64,000 bases of DNA. Origin: Gemmatimonadaceae bacterium (GTDB lineage: Bacteria > Gemmatimonadota > Gemmatimonadetes > Gemmatimonadales > Gemmatimonadaceae). The notes below the pieces were generated by a model. The model did not search any database and was not told the DNA's origin. It saw only the letters and a program-made list of their open reading frames with translations. Below, piece after piece: positions 60,106 to 64,000 of this stretch. The DNA lies in the NCBI GenBank assembly GCA_044224875.1, contig JBGAJQ010000002.1:96001-160000 (forward strand), written 5' to 3'. Each line of letters begins with the position of its first letter. Position 1 is the first letter of the stretch. Both the position numbers and the translations under genes were made by a program.

Positions 60106-62868
60106 ATGCGTGACAAGGACGGCGCGCTCACTGGGCGGCTTGCCCGGTTGGAGCTGGAGCGTAAGGCACGCGCATTGGGGCTTCCCGAGTTGCTGGCGAA
60201 ACGTGTCGCCGACGTGGTGGTGGCGAGCGAGCTGGACGACGATCGTCGTGCCGAAGTCTTTCGGGAAATGGTCGGTCACTTCGAAGATGGTCTGGCGTCG
60301 GGTCGTTCGCCTGAGGACTTGGCACGCTCGTTTGGTGATGGGAGAGAGGCGGCGCGGCTCATCCGTGTGGAGAAGCGTGTGGTGACGCCCGAGGAGTTTG
60401 GCGGGACGGGGGCACGCGAGTCGTACCTGGCGCGATTGGCTCGCGACCTGCGCTACGCGGTTCGCCGACTGGCTGCGCGGCCGATGTTCACGGCGATTGC
60501 CGTGCTGTCGCTGGCGATCGGCATTGGTGCGAACGCGGCGATGTTCACGCTCGTGAATGAGGTGATCCTGCGTCGGCCGCCGCTGGAACGCCCGGAGGAG
60601 CTGGTCGACATCTTTCGATCGAGCCAGGACAGTCCGTTCGAGCCGGTCTCATATCCCGAGTATCTCGACGTGGTCGAGCGAGGAGATGTATTCGCCTCGG
60701 CGGCGGGGACACGGCTTGCCTACACCGTCAGGATCAACGGAGATCGCGCTGACCGCATTGCGGTCCAGCTGGTCAGCGGCAACTACTTCCAGACACTCGG
60801 CTTGCGACCGGCGCTGGGCCGCCTCCTACAGCCCGATGACGCAGACGCGCCAGGCAAGAGTCCGGTGGTGGTGCTGACCGACCGCTATTGGCGCAAGGCG
60901 TTCAATGCCGATCCTGCGGTCATCGGCAAGACCGTGCATCTCAGTGGCGGTGAGTATACGATCATCGGCGTTACGCGACCCGATTTTCCCAGCGGGTTTC
61001 CGACGCTCGGCATCGAGTTGTTTGCCCCGATCACGATGGTAGAGCTGTTGATGCCGTCGAACAGCGGCGAGCTGCAAAGCCGTCACGAAAATTCGACGTT
61101 CATTCGAGCACGTCTTCGTGCGGGGGCTACGCTTGCACAGGCGAGAGCGTCACTCGCGTCGTTAGGCCGTACGCTGCATGAGCGTAAGGAGGTCGGCTGG
61201 GAAGGAGCGGCGACGGCGTATACGGTTCTTCCCACCCGGGACGTGATCCTGTACCCACCGATCGATCGTCTGCTGCGTCCCGTTTCGTGGGTGATGATGG
61301 GTGTAGTGGGGATGGTGCTTCTGATCGCGTGTGCGAATCTCGCGGGGTTCCTGTTGGCGCGTGCGGTGGACCGTCGAAAGGAAGTGGCGGTTCGCCTTGC
61401 GCTTGGGGCCACGCGGGGGCGGCTGGTGATGCAGCTGTTGGTCGAGACCTTGCTGCTGGCGGGTGCAGGCGGGGTCGTTGGCCTGGTTCTGGGTCGGGCG
61501 GTGCTCAAGGGAATCCTCGCCGCGGACCTCCCAATCCCGGTCCCACTCGGGATGGACCTCACGTTGGATGCGCGGGTCCTCGTCTTTCTGATCCTGATCT
61601 CGATCATGGCGGGAATCGTCTTTGGCCTTGCGCCAGCGTTGCAGTCGACACGGTTGGAGCTGGCGTCGGTGATTCGGGAGGAAGCAACCGGTGGAGGGCG
61701 CGGCAAGGGATGGTTGCGGCAGGCTTTGGTTGTGGGTCAGGTCACGGTGTCGGTTGTCCTGCTGATTGCTGCGGGGTTGTTCGTGCGCAGCGTGCAGTCC
61801 CTGCGCAGCGTTGATCCAGGCTTTGGACACGAGCCGGCCGCGATGGTGTGGCTCGGCATGCCTGCCACGCAGACTGTCGAAGAAGCGGGGCGCCGGTTGG
61901 ACGTGATGGTCCGCCGGCTGTCGTTGCGGCCGGAAGTGAAAGCCGTTGGGTTGATCGACAACATTCACCTCAATCTGCTGAGTTTCATGTCCACCAGCGT
62001 GAATGTCGACGGTGTGCAGCCGCCGGCCGGCGAGGTGGCCTACAGTATCAGCCGGGCGTCGATTGACACAGGTTTTATTGGAGCTGCCGGCCTACACCTG
62101 CTGGCGGGCCGCAATTTCACCCTCGCTGACGCGGACACCACAAGGCGCGTGGCGATCGTGAATCAGGCATTCGCCGAGAAGTTTTGGCCGGGGCTGGATG
62201 CGGTCGGACGGCGCTATCGCTCAGGCGACGGACGCGAGACGGAGATCGTCGGGGTTGTGAACACGGCGAAGATCAGGACACTGTCCGAACCGCCGCGCCC
62301 CCTTGTCTACACGCCGCTGCGCGACCACTCAACGGTTTGGCTGCTGGTCCGCGGTTCGCCAAATGCGGAGGCGCAGTTGGCCAGTACGCTGCGCATCGTC
62401 CGCGAGGTGACACCGGATGTGATGCTGATGGAGGCGCGGACCATGGCGCGACACCTGGACATCATGTCGTTGCCGCTCAAGCTCGGGGCGAACGCGCTGG
62501 GTGCGTTTGCCTTCGTGGCGTTGCTGCTGGCGAGCATCGGCCTGTACGGGACCGTCAGCTACTCTGTGGCACAACGATCGCGGGAGGTGGGGATTCGGCT
62601 CTCCCTGGGCGCCACGGCGTCCGGCGTGATTCGGTTGTTACTCTGGGACGGGGTCCGCCTGGTGCTCTTTGGCGCGGCCGCCGGCGTGGTGCTCGGACTT
62701 CTGTTCGGCCGCGCGTTAGAGGGGCTCCTGTATGGGGTGACGGCGCTGGATCCGGTGGCCCTGGCAACGGTCCCGATGGTGCTGGTGCTCGTGGCACTGG
62801 TTGCCGCGTATGTGCCGGCCCGGCGTGCGGGCCGTATCGACCCAGTAATCGCTATCAAGAGCGAGTAG
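60106..62868 (+). CDS. Duplicated MacB/FtsX-like orphan ABC permease (ADOP family) with N-terminal helical prefix domain
   Basis: DLRYAVRRL, GIGANAAMF, LIACANLA, RLALGA.RGRL, EVGIRLSLGA, PARRA.RIDP. Confidence 0.92.
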   Translation: MRDKDGALTGRLARLELERKARALGLPELLAKRVADVVVASELDDDRRAEVFREMVGHFEDGLASGRSPEDLARSFGDGREAARLIRVEKRVVTPEEFGGTGARESYLARLARDLRYAVRRLAARPMFTAIAVLSLAIGIGANAAMFTLVNEVILRRPPLERPEELVDIFRSSQDSPFEPVSYPEYLDVVERGDVFASAAGTRLAYTVRINGDRADRIAVQLVSGNYFQTLGLRPALGRLLQPDDADAPGKSPVVVLTDRYWRKAFNADPAVIGKTVHLSGGEYTIIGVTRPDFPSGFPTLGIELFAPITMVELLMPSNSGELQSRHENSTFIRARLRAGATLAQARASLASLGRTLHERKEVGWEGAATAYTVLPTRDVILYPPIDRLLRPVSWVMMGVVGMVLLIACANLAGFLLARAVDRRKEVAVRLALGATRGRLVMQLLVETLLLAGAGGVVGLVLGRAVLKGILAADLPIPVPLGMDLTLDARVLVFLILISIMAGIVFGLAPALQSTRLELASVIREEATGGGRGKGWLRQALVVGQVTVSVVLLIAAGLFVRSVQSLRSVDPGFGHEPAAMVWLGMPATQTVEEAGRRLDVMVRRLSLRPEVKAVGLIDNIHLNLLSFMSTSVNVDGVQPPAGEVAYSISRASIDTGFIGAAGLHLLAGRNFTLADADTTRRVAIVNQAFAEKFWPGLDAVGRRYRSGDGRETEIVGVVNTAKIRTLSEPPRPLVYTPLRDHSTVWLLVRGSPNAEAQLASTLRIVREVTPDVMLMEARTMARHLDIMSLPLKLGANALGAFAFVALLLASIGLYGTVSYSVAQRSREVGIRLSLGATASGVIRLLLWDGVRLVLFGAAAGVVLGLLFGRALEGLLYGVTALDPVALATVPMVLVLVALVAAYVPARRAGRIDPVIAIKSE

Positions 62869-63011
62869 CCGATACCAACCTGGTGGTCCTCTCGTGTAAC
62901 GGATTCTGCACGGCGCGGCAGAACGGCCGCGCCGAATGTACGTTGATGGTCCGCAAGCCTCGTCAACTGGACCGGTCGGACGATCGACCGATTTTGCGTT
63001 AGTGACCCGCC

Positions 63012-63596
63012 ATGCGCGATCGAACGTACAACGTCCTGATCCTCTGCACGGGCAACTCCGCCAGGAGCATCCTGGGCGAGGTGCTCGTCAACCACTTGGG
63101 TGGCGGTCGGTTCGTTGGGTTCAGCGCCGGAAGCCACCCCAAGGGCGAGGTGCACCCGGACGCGTTGGAGCTGATACGATCGCTCGGTTGGTCGACGCAA
63201 GGGTTGCGGAGCAAGAGCTGGGACGAGTTTGCTGTTCCTGGCGCTCCCGCGATGGACTTTGTGATCACGGTGTGCGACAACGCGGCAGGCGAGTCTTGTC
63301 CGGTGTGGCTCGGTCAGCCGATGCGAGCGCACTGGGGGGTCCCCGATCCTGCGGCAGTCGGGGATGCAGGGCGCAGGAAGCAGGCGTTCCGGGAGGCGTT
63401 CGATGTCTTGTCCGCACGCATCCGCGCCTTGACGACGCTCTACCCGGATCGGCTGGACACCGCTGCGCTCCAAGCACGCCTCCATGAGATCGGCGTAATT
63501 GGAGCTGACGGCACAGAGAATCTTCTGATTCTTACGTTTGGCCATCGTTCAGCGGTCATCGCACGTTCGTCACGGCATCGGGCTGTGGACCGGTGA
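63012..63596 (+). CDS. arsC: Arsenate reductase (LMW-PTPase fold) with an anomalous C-terminal tail
   Basis: LCTGNSARS, SAGSHP.G.VHP, RSKSWDEF, VITVCDNAAGESCPVW, HWGVPDP. Confidence 0.88.
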   Translation: MRDRTYNVLILCTGNSARSILGEVLVNHLGGGRFVGFSAGSHPKGEVHPDALELIRSLGWSTQGLRSKSWDEFAVPGAPAMDFVITVCDNAAGESCPVWLGQPMRAHWGVPDPAAVGDAGRRKQAFREAFDVLSARIRALTTLYPDRLDTAALQARLHEIGVIGADGTENLLILTFGHRSAVIARSSRHRAVDR

Positions 63597-63885
63597 ATTC
63601 GCCGCCACCTTCGCCCTGCTGGCAGTGATCTGGAGTGCGCGCAAGCATCACCCAGCGCTCATGCCATTCGCGGTAGCCGCGTCAATCGGAAGTGCCTACT
63701 GGTTCACATCATCCACATCGTTTGCCAATCCCGCTGTCACGCTGGCGCGGGCTTTCAGTAACACGTTCGCCGGCATTCGACCTGACGATGTACCGGCATT
63801 CGTGGTGGCGCAGATTCTCGGTGCGATGTCGGCAACCCTGCTCGCGGCGTGGTTCGACTCGGATCGCGCGGTGCCGGCCGAGTAA
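63538..63885 (+). pseudogene. C-terminal half of an arsenite-type aquaglyceroporin (MIP/AqpS-like); N-terminal half missing
   Basis: GEFAATFALL, AYWFTSSTSFANPAVTLARAFSNTFAGIRP, AQILGA; one NPA only; weak TTG start. Confidence 0.7.
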
Positions 63886-64000
63886 GCGCACCGACGTCTG
63901 GAAGGCGGATTGCCCTTGCCCAGGAGTGCCGCTGGGCGAAACGGCCGATGGGAGGCGTCGTGTTGTCACAGGCCCCCGGAGGATCCGACGTGGTCAGCCG

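Larger units (their letters stand above)
3705..61166. repeat. Dispersed, highly iterated heptamer CGTTAGG/CCTAACG (35 exact copies counted by hand)
   Basis: CGTTAGG on + at 5039, 5774, 6572, 13431, 27226, 28446, 32197, 37368, 38919, 40254, 41599, 45524, 45884, 46204, 47887, 48433, 49932, 53203, 61160; CCTAACG on + at 3705, 14347, 19110, 19699, 20714, 21691, 22109, 24488, 28933, 33133, 35291, 35672, 50623, 51260, 52202, 58151. Confidence 0.85.

Noticed and set aside
3705..61166. CGTTAGG as telomere-like (TTAGG) repeats, Chi/KOPS, or bldA-type TTA regulation
   Set aside because: Copies are dispersed and never tandem; orientation is balanced (19 vs 16) rather than polarised; the word also occurs in non-TTA frames and non-coding positions, so TTA decoding alone does not explain it.
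1..64000. CRISPR arrays, tRNA/rRNA genes, IS elements, integrases, prophage or defence genes
   Set aside because: No spaced direct repeats, cloverleaf-like sequences or matching protein motifs were seen by eye; a tRNAscan/Infernal run would be needed to exclude small RNAs.

Overview
High-GC (roughly 65%, estimated by eye) bacterial chromosome segment, densely coding, with about 52 genes. Gene content (PadR plus duplicated MacB-like permease cassettes, DUF5916 and VPS10/BNR proteins, DUF1800/DUF1501 pair, many lipoproteins) suggests Gemmatimonadota or a similar lineage; this is an inference. Housekeeping genes include nadB-nadA(split)-nadC, argJ, msrB, a RidA-family gene, rho and a class A PBP. 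I saw no tRNA, rRNA, CRISPR array, integrase or transposase. Main observations: (1) the non-palindromic heptamer CGTTAGG/CCTAACG occurs 35 times by manual count, mostly inside genes as in-frame xCG-TTA-GGx using the normally rare TTA Leu codon, and often at gene boundaries, like a HIP1/DUS-type iterated chromosomal signal. (2) A copper operon: Cys/His-rich DUF2946/CruR-like leader ORF ending ANGPP, a hairpin-rich spacer, mbnP, mbnH, copC and a cytochrome c lipoprotein, with no methanobactin or TonB-receptor genes. (3) A TolB-propeller/tricorn-C1-like/GGT fusion with altered active-site motifs. (4) A kinase-less CheY, CheZ-like and REC-REC-CheX module. (5) A candidate structured RNA leader before an ankyrin gene. 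(6) arsC followed by a half-size aquaporin. All family assignments come from motif recognition by eye; no database searches were run.
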